Below are positions 19,244 to 29,255 of a stretch of 64,000 nt of DNA, in pieces; position 1 is the first letter of the stretch, and the number at the start of each line of letters is the position of its first letter. The notes beneath the pieces are model-generated. The model worked only from the letters and a program-made list of their open reading frames with translations. It did not search any database and was not told the origin of the DNA. Position numbers and translations under genes: made by a program. This DNA comes from Planctomycetota bacterium (GTDB lineage: Bacteria > Planctomycetota > B15-G4): contig JBBQUR010000009.1 of NCBI GenBank assembly GCA_038212275.1, forward strand, positions 64,001 to 128,000, in the 5' to 3' direction.

Positions 19244-20773
19244 ATGCAACGCCGCCTCCTGATCGCTGCCTTCGCGATGGCCGGCCTTCTGGCCGGGTGG
19301 CCGGGCCCGCAGGGCGCCGTCCTTGCGCAGAGCCGCGGCGCGGCGGGTCGACCCGTCCTGCAGCATTCCTTTCCGCTGGCCGGCAGGCCGCTGGTCATCG
19401 CGGTGGAGGGGCTGATCCCGCACACCGGCGTGGCGCTGCAGCTCCTCGATCCGGCGAATGCGCCGCCCTCCGTCGTGGCCGCGCTGATGCTCGGCGCCGG
19501 CAACGAGCAGTTCCTGAACGGCCTGCTCCAGGGGCCCGACAAGTTCACGACGATCTGGGAGGCGGACGACTTCGGCCGCGTGGTGCTCTCGATTCCGCTG
19601 GAAGACGCGGACGACGCCAACCGCGCGATCACGCTGCTTGCCGCGCCGGTCGCCGGGACGGCCCCCAGCGAGCCGCTGCACCTGCAGGTGCTCCCGCCGA
19701 CGCTGGTGCTGCCCACGCGCGACGGCCTCGTGCGCATCAACCTGCTCGACGGCACGCTGCAGCTCCCGTCCATCCCCTCGGCGGGGGGGCTGCGCGGTGC
19801 GGCGCTGTCCACGGACGGCGTGCTCGGCTACGTGCTGCGCGAGGGCGGGCTGCTCGAGGTCCGCGCCACCCACCAGTGGGATGCCGAACCGCTGTCGCGC
19901 CGCGTGCTCGACCCCGACACGGACATCCTTGCAGGCGGACCGTCGACCGGCGCGGCCTTCGCGCTGGCGCGTCCGTCGGGCCTGCCCTACACGCCGGGGG
20001 CGCGGCTGCAATTCCTCGACGAGGCCTCGGCCGGTCGGGGGCCGCTCTTCCTCGAGCCGATGGGCCAGCTCGTGGCGGGTCGACGCGTCGTCATCACGCC
20101 CGACGGCCTGACGGCCTTCATCGCCGAGGACGATCTCATCGTGCGCGAGATCGATCTGCTGTCGGGCGTCGCGCGCGGCCTGCTCGCCGTGGGGCTCGCC
20201 GGCGATGGCGCCATCAGCGACCTGCTCATCGATGGCCATCAACTGCTGGTCACCACGCGCGGCCCGCTCGGCCGGCGCGGCTCGCTGACCAGCTTCGATC
20301 TCGACGCGGGCCGCCTGTCCGTCCGCGAGCTGGAAGTCGATCCGCTGCGACTGGTCCCGCTGAATGACAGGGTGGCTGGCCGGGCCGCGCCGAATGCCAG
20401 CCGCGTGCTCGTCGTGCCGGCCTCCGGCAGGACCTTCCAGGTGCTTGCCGACGGCGTGCCCGCAGGACGCCAGCTGTCCGACGACGGGCGCTGGCTGGAT
20501 GCGGTGGCCGTGGAGGGCGGCGCGCTGCTGCTGCGCGAGACCGCCAGCGGCGCGCGCGTGCTGGAGCGGTTCGCTCCCGACTCGGGTTTGCGCGAGATCA
20601 CCGCCACAGGGCTGCCGCCCGTGGCGCGCCTCGTCGGCGGCGGCGCGGGCGCGATCGTGCTGCTCGGCGACCCGTCCGGCGCGGTCTACGTGCTCCGGAC
20701 GCCGCGCGGCCAGCCGGAACTGCTGCCGGGCGTGACGGCGCTCCCGGGTGAGACCTTCGCGGTCCTGCCCTGA
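19244..20773 (+). CDS. Exported hypothetical protein: N-terminal beta domain plus YVTN-like beta-propeller
   Basis: Signal peptide; LSTDG...YV and ITPDG-x-TAFI motifs. Confidence 0.6.
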   Translation: MQRRLLIAAFAMAGLLAGWPGPQGAVLAQSRGAAGRPVLQHSFPLAGRPLVIAVEGLIPHTGVALQLLDPANAPPSVVAALMLGAGNEQFLNGLLQGPDKFTTIWEADDFGRVVLSIPLEDADDANRAITLLAAPVAGTAPSEPLHLQVLPPTLVLPTRDGLVRINLLDGTLQLPSIPSAGGLRGAALSTDGVLGYVLREGGLLEVRATHQWDAEPLSRRVLDPDTDILAGGPSTGAAFALARPSGLPYTPGARLQFLDEASAGRGPLFLEPMGQLVAGRRVVITPDGLTAFIAEDDLIVREIDLLSGVARGLLAVGLAGDGAISDLLIDGHQLLVTTRGPLGRRGSLTSFDLDAGRLSVRELEVDPLRLVPLNDRVAGRAAPNASRVLVVPASGRTFQVLADGVPAGRQLSDDGRWLDAVAVEGGALLLRETASGARVLERFAPDSGLREITATGLPPVARLVGGGAGAIVLLGDPSGAVYVLRTPRGQPELLPGVTALPGETFAVLP

Positions 20774-20775
20774 GC

Positions 20776-22182
20776 GTGGCGGTCACGGAGCAGAAGATCA
20801 CGCTGCAGGTCATCCTGCAGTCGCCCGACACGCTGCGCGTGACGCCCTTCAAGGAGGGCTCGGTGCTCGAGAGCACCGTGAAGCCGTCGCGCGTGTGTCC
20901 CTTCCACTCGGGACTCGTGGCGGACCGTGCGCGCGAGATCCTCGCGCTGCTGGCGCGCGCAAACGCGGGCGCCCGCGGCCTGCTGCCGCAGCTCGAGCGC
21001 GCCGGGCAGGCCATCTACATGGATCTGCTGCCGTCCTTCCTCAAGGAGAAGCTGCAGGAGGCCTCGGGCAAGAGCCTCGTGCTGCACCTCGACCGGCCGC
21101 TGCTCGGCATCCCGTGGGAGTTGCTGCACGACGGCGAGGGCTTTCTGGGGCGGCGCTTCCGCATCGGCCGGCTGGTGAGCACGGACCAGGAAGGTAGCGT
21201 CAAGCTGCAGCGCAGCATGCGCGCGCCGCTCACGGCGCTCATCATCGCGGATCCCGCGGGCAACCTGCCCGCTGCGCGACGGGAAGCGGAGGAGCTGGCG
21301 GCCATCCTCGAGGACAGCCCGCTCTACGGGCACGTGACCATGCTCGCCGGCGACGTGTCGGTGCGCACCTTCCTCGACGAGCTGGGCCGGCACGACGTGC
21401 TGCACTATGCGGGCCATGCCGAAGCGGGCGCGCCCAGCGACGGCGGCGGCCGGTTGATCCTGCGCGACGGCACCCTGAGCGCCGGCATGCTCGGTCAGTA
21501 CCGCGGCCGCGTCGACTTTCCGGGCCTGGTTTTCCTCAACGGCTGCAGCAGCTCCGACGACACCGTGCGACTTTCCGCCGGAGGCGATCCGCTGGCCGAT
21601 GTCTCGGGCCTGGCAAGCGCACTGCTGCTCTGCGGCGTGCGGCACGTGGTCGGCACGCTCTGGGAAGTGCGCGACGAGGTCGCGCGCGTGTGCGCCACGA
21701 GCTTCCACCGCGAGCTGGCGCGCGGCGGGACCATCGGCGCGTCGCTCGCGGCCTCGCGCGACGCCACCATCGCGACCTGGGGTGAGGACAGCCTGCTCTG
21801 GGCCGACCACCTGCTCTACGGCGACCCGACCTGGCGCGCCGCGCAGCCCGCCAATGCCGCGCTCGAAGACTTCGACGTGCTCGACGGCCTCGAGCAGAAG
21901 TACCACCGCGAGCTGCTGTCCGAGGACGCCTCGACGCGTCTGCTCGCCGCCGCGATGCTGCTGCGTCTCGGCGACCGCTCCGTGGTGCCGGCGCTGGGCC
22001 GTGACCTCTCGACGCTCGAGTCCTGGCTCGCACCCGATGCGTCGCAGCGCGACCGCCGCCGCGCGGGGCTCGTCGTGCAGGCGCTGGCCGCGGCGGCGGG
22101 CCTTGCGCCCTCGGGCCCGCCGGACCAGCTGCCCGATGCGGCCGCCGTGCGCACGCTGGTCGTGCGGCTGCTGCGCGGCTGA
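20776..22182 (+). CDS. CHAT (caspase-like) domain protein with a helical C-terminus
   Basis: IPWELLHDG, NLPAARRE, LHYAGH, VFLNGCSS, VVGTLWEV-x-D, LYGDP. Confidence 0.9.
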   Translation: MAVTEQKITLQVILQSPDTLRVTPFKEGSVLESTVKPSRVCPFHSGLVADRAREILALLARANAGARGLLPQLERAGQAIYMDLLPSFLKEKLQEASGKSLVLHLDRPLLGIPWELLHDGEGFLGRRFRIGRLVSTDQEGSVKLQRSMRAPLTALIIADPAGNLPAARREAEELAAILEDSPLYGHVTMLAGDVSVRTFLDELGRHDVLHYAGHAEAGAPSDGGGRLILRDGTLSAGMLGQYRGRVDFPGLVFLNGCSSSDDTVRLSAGGDPLADVSGLASALLLCGVRHVVGTLWEVRDEVARVCATSFHRELARGGTIGASLAASRDATIATWGEDSLLWADHLLYGDPTWRAAQPANAALEDFDVLDGLEQKYHRELLSEDASTRLLAAAMLLRLGDRSVVPALGRDLSTLESWLAPDASQRDRRRAGLVVQALAAAAGLAPSGPPDQLPDAAAVRTLVVRLLRG

Positions 22183-22326
22183 AACCCGCCGCCCCGGCGG
22201 CTCGGCGCCGCCCGCGCGGCCCCCGGCGAGCGACGCGGCCCGGCGGGTCGACGTGTTGGCCCGGGCGCGGCTCCTCGGCTACTCTGCCCGGCCGCCCGCG
22301 CGCGCCGACCGTCCCCGGATGACCTC

Positions 22327-23088
22327 ATGACCCTGCTCGAACACGACAAGGACGCCTTCGAGTCGGAGCACTACGACCGCAAATACTTCGAGGGCCACGT
22401 CGTGCGCTACGAGCGCGGCGTCTACCGCCAGCGCGTCCAGAGCGTCATGCGCTTCATGGGGGACGTGGCCGGCAAGCGCGTGCTGGACCTCGGTTGCGGA
22501 GTGGGCTTCTTCGGCGGCGAGGCGGCGCGGCGCGGCGGGCGCGTCACGGGCCTGGACTTCTCCGCGATGGCGCTGGAGATCTGCCACCAGCGGCTGCCCG
22601 AGATCCGCCTCGTGCGCGCCGACGCGACGAAGCTGCCCTTCGGCAACGCGCGTTTCGACGTCGTGCTGGTCAACGACATCATCGAGCACCTCGCCGAGGA
22701 GCCGGGCCGGCAGATGATGGCCGACGTGCACCGCGTGCTCGCGCCCGGCGGCCGCCTCGTGCTGGACACCGACAACGACGCCTTCCTGTTCCACAAGAAG
22801 GGCTTCCGGCGCCTGAACGACTGGCTCGAGAAGGACACGCCGCAGCGCGTCGAGCTGCGCGAGATCAAGAAGACCTTCAACGCGCCGACGCTGCACATCA
22901 AGATCTACTCGGTGGAGGAAATGCGCGCGCTGCTGGAGTCGGTCGGCTTCACGATCGAGTCCTTCGACACCTACACCTACATCGACGCGCCGGGCCGCGA
23001 CCGCCTTCTCAACCTGCCCGTCATCGCGAGCCTTTTCCGCAGCGTGAAGGGCGACGTGCAGATCTTCGCCGCGCGCAAGAAGGCGTGA
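22327..23088 (+). CDS. Class I SAM-dependent methyltransferase
   Basis: VLDLGCGVG, GLDFS, ADA-x-x-LPF, FDVV, RVLAPGG. Confidence 0.92.
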   Translation: MTLLEHDKDAFESEHYDRKYFEGHVVRYERGVYRQRVQSVMRFMGDVAGKRVLDLGCGVGFFGGEAARRGGRVTGLDFSAMALEICHQRLPEIRLVRADATKLPFGNARFDVVLVNDIIEHLAEEPGRQMMADVHRVLAPGGRLVLDTDNDAFLFHKKGFRRLNDWLEKDTPQRVELREIKKTFNAPTLHIKIYSVEEMRALLESVGFTIESFDTYTYIDAPGRDRLLNLPVIASLFRSVKGDVQIFAARKKA

Positions 23089-23164
23089 GCGCGACCCGCT
23101 CGCAGTCCGCGGGGCGACCGCAGCCTGCTGGGCGCCGCAACGCGCCGCGCACGGAGACAGCCGC

Positions 23165-23635
23165 ATGAGCGTCCCGCACATCCCCGCCGGCTATCACGCC
23201 GTGACGCCGTACCTCGTCGTGAACGGCGCGGCCAGCGCGATCGACTTCTACAAGCGCGCGTTCGGCGCCGTCGAGTTGATGCGCGTGGACGGGCCCGCCG
23301 GACGCATCGGCCACGCGGAACTGCTCCTCGGCGACAGTCACGTGATGCTCGCCGACGAATTTCCGGAAATGGGTTTTCGCGGCCCGGCTTCCTACGGCGG
23401 CACGCCCGTGCTCCTGATGCTCTACGTGCGCGACGTCGACACGCAATGCCGGCTCGCCATCGAAGCCGGCGCCAAGGTGCTGCGCCCACTGGCCAATCAG
23501 TTCTACGGCGACCGCACGGTGACCTTCCTCGACCCCTTCGGCCATATCTGGACCGTCGCGACCCACATCGAAGACGTCCCCCCGGACGAGCTGGCGCGCC
23601 GCGCGGCGGCGCAGGCGCAGCCCTCCGCGGACTGA
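23165..23635 (+). CDS. VOC/PhnB-like glyoxalase family protein
   Basis: IP-x-GYH-x-VTPYL, AIDFYKRAFGA, HAEL, QFYGDR, DPFGH-x-W. Confidence 0.92.
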   Translation: MSVPHIPAGYHAVTPYLVVNGAASAIDFYKRAFGAVELMRVDGPAGRIGHAELLLGDSHVMLADEFPEMGFRGPASYGGTPVLLMLYVRDVDTQCRLAIEAGAKVLRPLANQFYGDRTVTFLDPFGHIWTVATHIEDVPPDELARRAAAQAQPSAD

Positions 23636-23887
23636 GGGCGCTGCGAAGGTGGGGTGCGAAGGTGCGCTGCGGACTGGGCGCGCCGCGGCGTCGTCGGCGC
23701 GACCGAGCGGGGTTCGGCGCACGCGGGTGCGGCCCTGACTGCCGGAGCCGGCGCCCTGACTTCTTGAAGGGTGAAGTTTGCATCAGCGGTGCATAGGATC
23801 ACCGCGCGCCGGGAGGCGGCGCCTCGTCATCACGCGACCTTCCGCGTCCACGCGACGCGCACGGCGCAGCCAGTGAGGAAGCACGTC

Positions 23888-24592
23888 ATGTCACTCATGA
23901 AGCGGTCGGCAGCGGAACTCTTCGGAACCTTCTGGCTCGTGCTCGGCGGCTGCGGTGCCGCGGTGCTGGCCGCCGGCGTCCCCGGAGTGGGTATCGGCTG
24001 GCTCGGCGTGGCCTTCGCCTTCGGCCTCACCGTGCTCACGATGGCCTTCGCCATCGGTCACGTCTCCGGTTGCCACCTCAACCCCGCCGTGTCCGTGGGG
24101 CTTGTCGCGGGCGGCCGCTTCAAGGCCGCCGACCTGCCGGCCTACGTGGTCGCGCAGCTGATCGGCGCCGTGCTCGCCGCCTGGGTGCTCACGATGATCG
24201 CCGGCGGCAAGTCCGGTTTCGACGTGGTGAGCTCGGGTCTCGCCGCCAACGGCTACGGCGAGCACTCGCCCGGCGGCTACAGCCAGGCGGCTGGCTTCCT
24301 GTGCGAGGTCGTCATGACCGGCATGTTTCTCTTCATCATCATGGGCGCCACCGACAAGCGCGCGCCGGCGGGCCTCGCGCCGATCGCCATCGGCCTCGGC
24401 CTCACGCTGATCCACCTCATCAGCATTCCGGTGACCAACACCTCGGTGAACCCCGCGCGCAGCACGGGACCCGCGCTCTTCGTGGGCGGCTGGGCGCTGC
24501 AGCAGCTCTGGCTCTTCTGGGTCGCGCCGATTCTCGGTGCGCTCATCGGTGCCGTGGCCTACCGTGGTATCTGCAGCGAAGAACGGAGCTGA
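23888..24592 (+). CDS. aqpZ: Aquaporin Z
   Basis: [34 protein letters not shown] (two NPA motifs). Confidence 0.96.
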   Translation: MSLMKRSAAELFGTFWLVLGGCGAAVLAAGVPGVGIGWLGVAFAFGLTVLTMAFAIGHVSGCHLNPAVSVGLVAGGRFKAADLPAYVVAQLIGAVLAAWVLTMIAGGKSGFDVVSSGLAANGYGEHSPGGYSQAAGFLCEVVMTGMFLFIIMGATDKRAPAGLAPIAIGLGLTLIHLISIPVTNTSVNPARSTGPALFVGGWALQQLWLFWVAPILGALIGAVAYRGICSEERS

Positions 24593-24666
24593 GGGAGAGA
24601 CGCGCCTGGGGAGCCTGGAGCGCTGTTCCGCTTGGCAGGGAGCTACCCTTCGGGTCGAGGGGTGGA

Positions 24667-25321
24667 GAGTCGTGTGGGGCGGTGAGTGCGCCGGGTCGGG
24701 AGGATTGTCAGGCGCTGCGCCCGTGGGGCAACGGGACGCGTGGGAATTCCGGGAGCGGCGCCCTTCGCGCCGGACAAACCTCCCGACCCGGCGCACGCCG
24801 ACGCACGCGGTTCCGTGCCATCCGAAGCGGGGCTGCTCCCGGCCTGCGCTTCACTGCGCTTCACGCGCGTCGTTTTGCGTGGAACGCATGCTTCGCAGCG
24901 AAGTGGTCGTGAACTCGGTATGCGGTTGAGCAGCGCATGATCCGCAACCATGCATCGCCAGCTTGTGGAGCTCACCAGCTCCACGACCTCCACGACTGAC
25001 AGCTCTGCGGTCATTCGTCCTGCCAACCTCGGCGCCCGCGGAGCACCCCGGGGCAGCTCGCAGTCCCAACCTTCCTCTCAGCGGGCGCGGGGCGGCGTCG
25101 TGGAGCGTAAGCACCAGGAGTGCTGACCGCCTCGCCCGGCACGGAAAAACGTGCGTCGGCGTGCGCGGGACGGGAGGTTTGTCCGGCGCGAAGGGCGCCG
25201 CTCCGGGAACCATCACGCGTCCAGTTGCCCCAGGGGCGCAGCGCCGGACAACCCTCCCGGCCCGCGCACTCACCGCTCCCCACGACTCCCGCCCCCTGCG
25301 CTTCCGTGCGGTCAGCACTCC
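24667..25321. repeat. Nested inverted-repeat element: two ~150-bp inverted arms, each with its own ~30-bp hairpin (REPIN/MITE-like)
   Basis: 24667-24819 is the imperfect reverse complement of 25138-25288; internal stems 24686-24715/24767-24796 and 25161-25189/25241-25269. Confidence 0.85.
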
Positions 25322-25360
25322 CGGCGCGCACGCCGAACAAAGCCGTCCCGACCCAGCGCC

Positions 25361-27370
25361 CTACTCTCGGTGCTGCACCGAAATCATCTGCGCATACAAC
25401 CCGCGCTGCGCGATGAGTTCGTCGTGGGTGCCGCGCTCGCGGATGCGGCCGCGCTCGAGTACGAGGATCAGGTCCGCGTCGCGGATGGTGGAGAGGCGGT
25501 GCGCGATGACCACGGTGGTGCGCCCGGCCTTGAGGTGGTTGATGGCGTCCTGCACGAGGGCCTCGCTCGCGGTGTCGAGGGCGGAGGTGGCCTCGTCGAG
25601 GATCAGGATGGGGGCGTCCTTCAGGAGCGCGCGCGCGATCGCGACGCGCTGGCGTTCGCCGCCGGAGAGTTTCAGGCCGCGCTCGCCGATCTCGGTCTCG
25701 TAGCCCTCGGGCATGCGCATGATGAAGTCGTGCGCGTTGGCGGCCTTGGCGGCGCGCACGATGTCTTCCATGGGCGTCTGCGGGCGGCCGTAGGCGATGT
25801 TGTGCGCGATCGTGTCGCGGAAGAGCACCGTGTCCTGCGTCACGACCGCGATCTGCTGGCGCAGCGAGGCCAGCGTGATCGTGCGCACGTCGCGACCGTC
25901 GATGAGCGCGGCGCCGGCGTCCACGTCGAAGAAGCGCGGGATGAGGTCGCCCAGCGTGCTCTTGCCCGAGCCGGTCGGTCCGACGAGCGCCAGCGTGTGG
26001 CCCTTGGGCAGCTCGAAGTCGATGTCGCGCAGCACCGGGTGGTCGGGGTCGTGGTCGTAGCTGACGCCGCGGAAGGCCAGGCTTGTGTGCAGGCCGTCGA
26101 TGGCGACCGCGTCCGGCGCGTCGACGATCTCGGGCTCGCTGTAGAGCATCGTCGCGACGCGATCCGCCGAAGAGAGGCCGGCGTTGAGTTTGCTGTTCGT
26201 GTCGCCGAGCCGGCGCATCGCGGCGACGGCCTGCACCAGCAGCAGGATGATCGCGAAGAAGCTGCCTTTCTCCCAGCGGCCGTCGATGACCTGCAGGCCG
26301 CCGAAGTAGACCAGCATCGCGACGCCGAGCATGCCGAGGATCTCGACCACCGGCTCGACACGCGCGCGCAGCTTGGCCGCCTGCTTGCGTCCGTCGGTGT
26401 AGGCGAGGTCCACCTTGCGGAAGCGCTCGCGCTCGAACTGCTCGGCATTGAAGGCCTTGACGATCTTCTGCGAGCCGAGCGTCTCCGACAGGCTCATGAA
26501 GAGCGTGCCCATGCGTGACTGGTTGCTGCCTTCCTTGCGCCGGATGCGGCGGCTGATCCGCTGCACGGGCACGAAGCTCATCACCGCGATGGCCAGGCCG
26601 GCCAGCACCACCGAGCCGCCCTGCACCCACAGGTAGCAGAGCGCGCCGATGAGCGTGAAGAAGTCCGTGGTGAAGTCCACGGTGACGTCCACGAGCATCG
26701 TGCCGAGGTTGTTCAGGTCGTTGGTCAGCCGCGACATGAGCTTGCCGCTGTGATTCGACTGGAAGAAGCGCATCGAGAAGGTCATGAGCCGGTCGAAGAG
26801 CGCGATGCGGATCGTGCTCACGATGTCCAGCGACACGCTGCGCATGAGCAGCTTCTGGCTGTATTTGTTGGCCTGCTCCACCAGCGACAGCAGCACCATG
26901 CCACCGGCGGCGAGCAGCAGTTGCCGCTGCGCCGGCACACCCTGCCAGCTCGCATCGGCCATGCCGCGCGCGATGGCAAGGTGCGTGGCGATGCGCCGGC
27001 CCGTCGAGGCCGGATCGCCCCAGGCGCTGGCATGCGCCACGCCGGCAGCCAGGTGGGACATGACCGGAGCGATCCGGCCCGCACCCTGGTCCATGATCGG
27101 CTCGAGTACGCGCTGAAGAATGAAGACGTAGCCGAGCTTCGCCGCGGCGGCCAGCGCCGACATGCTGAGCGCCGCGATGAGGCCCGACCGGAAGGGCTTC
27201 ACGAAGGAGAAGAGCCGGCGGTAGATGGCGGGCTGGCTCTCGTCGTCCGGGTCGCGGCCGGTGAGCAGGTCGCGCAGGCCGTACTTGCGGCCGCGGGTCT
27301 TGAGCCGGCGCGCCTCCAGCGCGTCGATGTCCTCCACGATCACGTTCGGTCGGGGAGGCGGCTTCACCAT
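25361..27370 (-). CDS. MsbA-like ABC exporter (TMD+NBD)
   Basis: ABC membrane domain; GPTGSGKST, LSGGERQR, ILILDEATSALD, IAHRLST; start at MVKPPP. Confidence 0.92.
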   Translation of the reverse strand: MVKPPPRPNVIVEDIDALEARRLKTRGRKYGLRDLLTGRDPDDESQPAIYRRLFSFVKPFRSGLIAALSMSALAAAAKLGYVFILQRVLEPIMDQGAGRIAPVMSHLAAGVAHASAWGDPASTGRRIATHLAIARGMADASWQGVPAQRQLLLAAGGMVLLSLVEQANKYSQKLLMRSVSLDIVSTIRIALFDRLMTFSMRFFQSNHSGKLMSRLTNDLNNLGTMLVDVTVDFTTDFFTLIGALCYLWVQGGSVVLAGLAIAVMSFVPVQRISRRIRRKEGSNQSRMGTLFMSLSETLGSQKIVKAFNAEQFERERFRKVDLAYTDGRKQAAKLRARVEPVVEILGMLGVAMLVYFGGLQVIDGRWEKGSFFAIILLLVQAVAAMRRLGDTNSKLNAGLSSADRVATMLYSEPEIVDAPDAVAIDGLHTSLAFRGVSYDHDPDHPVLRDIDFELPKGHTLALVGPTGSGKSTLGDLIPRFFDVDAGAALIDGRDVRTITLASLRQQIAVVTQDTVLFRDTIAHNIAYGRPQTPMEDIVRAAKAANAHDFIMRMPEGYETEIGERGLKLSGGERQRVAIARALLKDAPILILDEATSALDTASEALVQDAINHLKAGRTTVVIAHRLSTIRDADLILVLERGRIRERGTHDELIAQRGLYAQMISVQHRE

Positions 27371-27460
27371 GTCGTGTCGTCGATCCCGGACGGGGGCATC
27401 TCGCGAGCGGTCGCCTGTCGAGCGACGAAGGGTCGAGACACGGTACGCTAGCAAGCTCCC

Positions 27461-28228
27461 ATGGGAAGCGTCATCACCGAGGCTCTGGCCCTGCGTCGCA
27501 CGCCGTTTGGCGAGTCGAGCCAGGTTGCGGAGTTCATGACCCCCGACCACGGCCGCGTGTCGCTGATCCTCAAGGGCGTCCATCGCGACAAGAGCCGGCT
27601 GGGGGGCAGCGTGGACCTGCTCGACCACTGCCGGCTGACCTATCACCAGCGGCGCGGCAGCCGGTCGCTGCAGCCGCTGCGTGAGCGGCAGCTGCTGAGC
27701 CACCACGCCGGGATGCGTTCGCGCGACGATCTCGCCGCCGCGGGTTTCTGGCTGCTGGAACTGCTGCGCGCGCTGGCCCCCGAGGGGCAGCCGATGCCGC
27801 AGCTCTTCCACCACGCGCTGCACGTCATCCAGGCGCTGGACACCCGTCCGCCTCGCGCCGTGGTGCCCGCGCTGCAGTTTGCTCTCGAAGGGGGCTTCCT
27901 TAGAATGACCGGGTTCGAGCCTGTGCTGGACCGGTGCGTGTCGTGCGACCGACGTCCTTCCGGGCATCGGGCGCTGCGCTTCGACCCGGGGCGCAGCGGG
28001 ATCGTGTGTTCGGCATGTCGCCAGTCCGACGGCGATTCGGTTCCTCTGTCCGCAGCCGCGGCCAGGCTGGCCGGCCAACTGGCCGGAAGCGATCCGCGGC
28101 AGCTCCTCGACGTGATCGTGCCCCCGGAGATCGAGATCGACGTGCGCCGCCTCTACCATCGCCACTGGCTGCACGTGCTCGAGCGCCGTCCGCGCTGCCA
28201 GCCGCTCGCGCTCGGCGGAGGGAGCTGA
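27461..28228 (+). CDS. recO: DNA repair protein RecO
   Basis: EALALRR-x-PFGES, T-x-x-HGR, KG; zinc finger CVSC...CSAC. Confidence 0.9.
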   Translation: MGSVITEALALRRTPFGESSQVAEFMTPDHGRVSLILKGVHRDKSRLGGSVDLLDHCRLTYHQRRGSRSLQPLRERQLLSHHAGMRSRDDLAAAGFWLLELLRALAPEGQPMPQLFHHALHVIQALDTRPPRAVVPALQFALEGGFLRMTGFEPVLDRCVSCDRRPSGHRALRFDPGRSGIVCSACRQSDGDSVPLSAAAARLAGQLAGSDPRQLLDVIVPPEIEIDVRRLYHRHWLHVLERRPRCQPLALGGGS

Positions 28229-28232
28229 GGTC

Positions 28233-29255
28233 ATGTTGCGTCCGTCGGCTGGTTGCGGAGTTCTCATCGCGCTGCTGCTCGCGGCCGCCGGTTGCGTGAG
28301 CGAGCCGCTCGGCGACGTGAAGACGGCGATGGCCCGCGTGGAGGCTCTGAAAGCCGAGGGCGACACCGACGGCGTCGCGGAGCTGGGAGGGCGCCTCTCC
28401 GAAGCCAAGGACGCACCGCCGGCGGACCGCGCCGAGGCGGCCTTTCTCTCGGGCGAGGCCTACTACGAGCTCGGCGAGCTGGGCAAGGCCTTCCAGCACT
28501 ACCGCTACGTGCTGGAGAACGCGCCCTGGTCGACGCACGCCGCGGAGATCGAGACGCGGCTCTTCGCCATCGGCCAGGCCTACTTCGACGACCCGGAGTA
28601 CGGCGGCTGGTTCTCGGACCGCGCGCGCGGCGTCGAGGTCATGGAGACGCTGCAGGCGCACTTCCGCACGTCGGAGCGCGCCGACGACGCGCTCAAGCTC
28701 GTCGGCGACTACTTTGCCCGCGACGACGTGGCGGAGTACGGCGAGGCCTCGCTGGTCTACGAGCGCGTGGCCGAGGAATACCCCGCCAGCGAATGGGCCG
28801 AGCGCTGCCTCTGGCTGGCCGGGCACTGCAACCTGCTGCTGGCCGGCGGCCCGGAGTACGACCGCAACGACCTGCTGCGCGCCCGCAACCTGCTCGACCG
28901 TTCGCTCAAGCGCTACCCCCGCGGCGTCGCCGCCCAGTCGTCGAAGGACGACCTGGCCATCGTCATCGACGAGCTGGCCCAGGCCGAGCTCTACGTGGCC
29001 GATTTCTACGCACGGCGCGGCTCCACCACGGGAGAGGTCATCCGACTGGCCAACGCCGCCCTGCTCTACCCGGAGACGGCCTCCGGCCAGCAGGCGATCG
29101 CCCGGCTGCTGGCCATGGACATCAACCCGGAGAGCCTGCGGAACGACCCGCGCCGGCAGTCGTTGGACACCGTCCGGGTGAGCCGGCCCGCATGGGCCCA
29201 GGCCAAGGAAAAGATCAAGGACAAGGACAAGGGGAAGGACACGCTCTTCCCGTGA
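28233..29255 (+). CDS. bamD: Outer-membrane protein assembly lipoprotein BamD-like (TPR)
   Basis: Lipobox AAGC; TPRs; YP-x-S, LA-x-x-ELYVADFY-x-RRG, YPET. Confidence 0.8.
   Translation: MLRPSAGCGVLIALLLAAAGCVSEPLGDVKTAMARVEALKAEGDTDGVAELGGRLSEAKDAPPADRAEAAFLSGEAYYELGELGKAFQHYRYVLENAPWSTHAAEIETRLFAIGQAYFDDPEYGGWFSDRARGVEVMETLQAHFRTSERADDALKLVGDYFARDDVAEYGEASLVYERVAEEYPASEWAERCLWLAGHCNLLLAGGPEYDRNDLLRARNLLDRSLKRYPRGVAAQSSKDDLAIVIDELAQAELYVADFYARRGSTTGEVIRLANAALLYPETASGQQAIARLLAMDINPESLRNDPRRQSLDTVRVSRPAWAQAKEKIKDKDKGKDTLFP

Noticed and set aside
23640..23675. Short direct repeat TGCGAAGGTG x2
   Set aside because: Only two copies; plausible by chance or slippage
24643..25416. ORFs within the inverted-repeat element as a transposase
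   Set aside because: No DDE or HUH motifs; the translations merely mirror the repeats
25361..28408. 1015-aa ABC transporter; likewise the long N-terminal extensions on lptE, tsaB, CNNM, rpsO and the histidine phosphatase
   Set aside because: The extensions overlap real neighbouring genes; starts were moved to downstream codons
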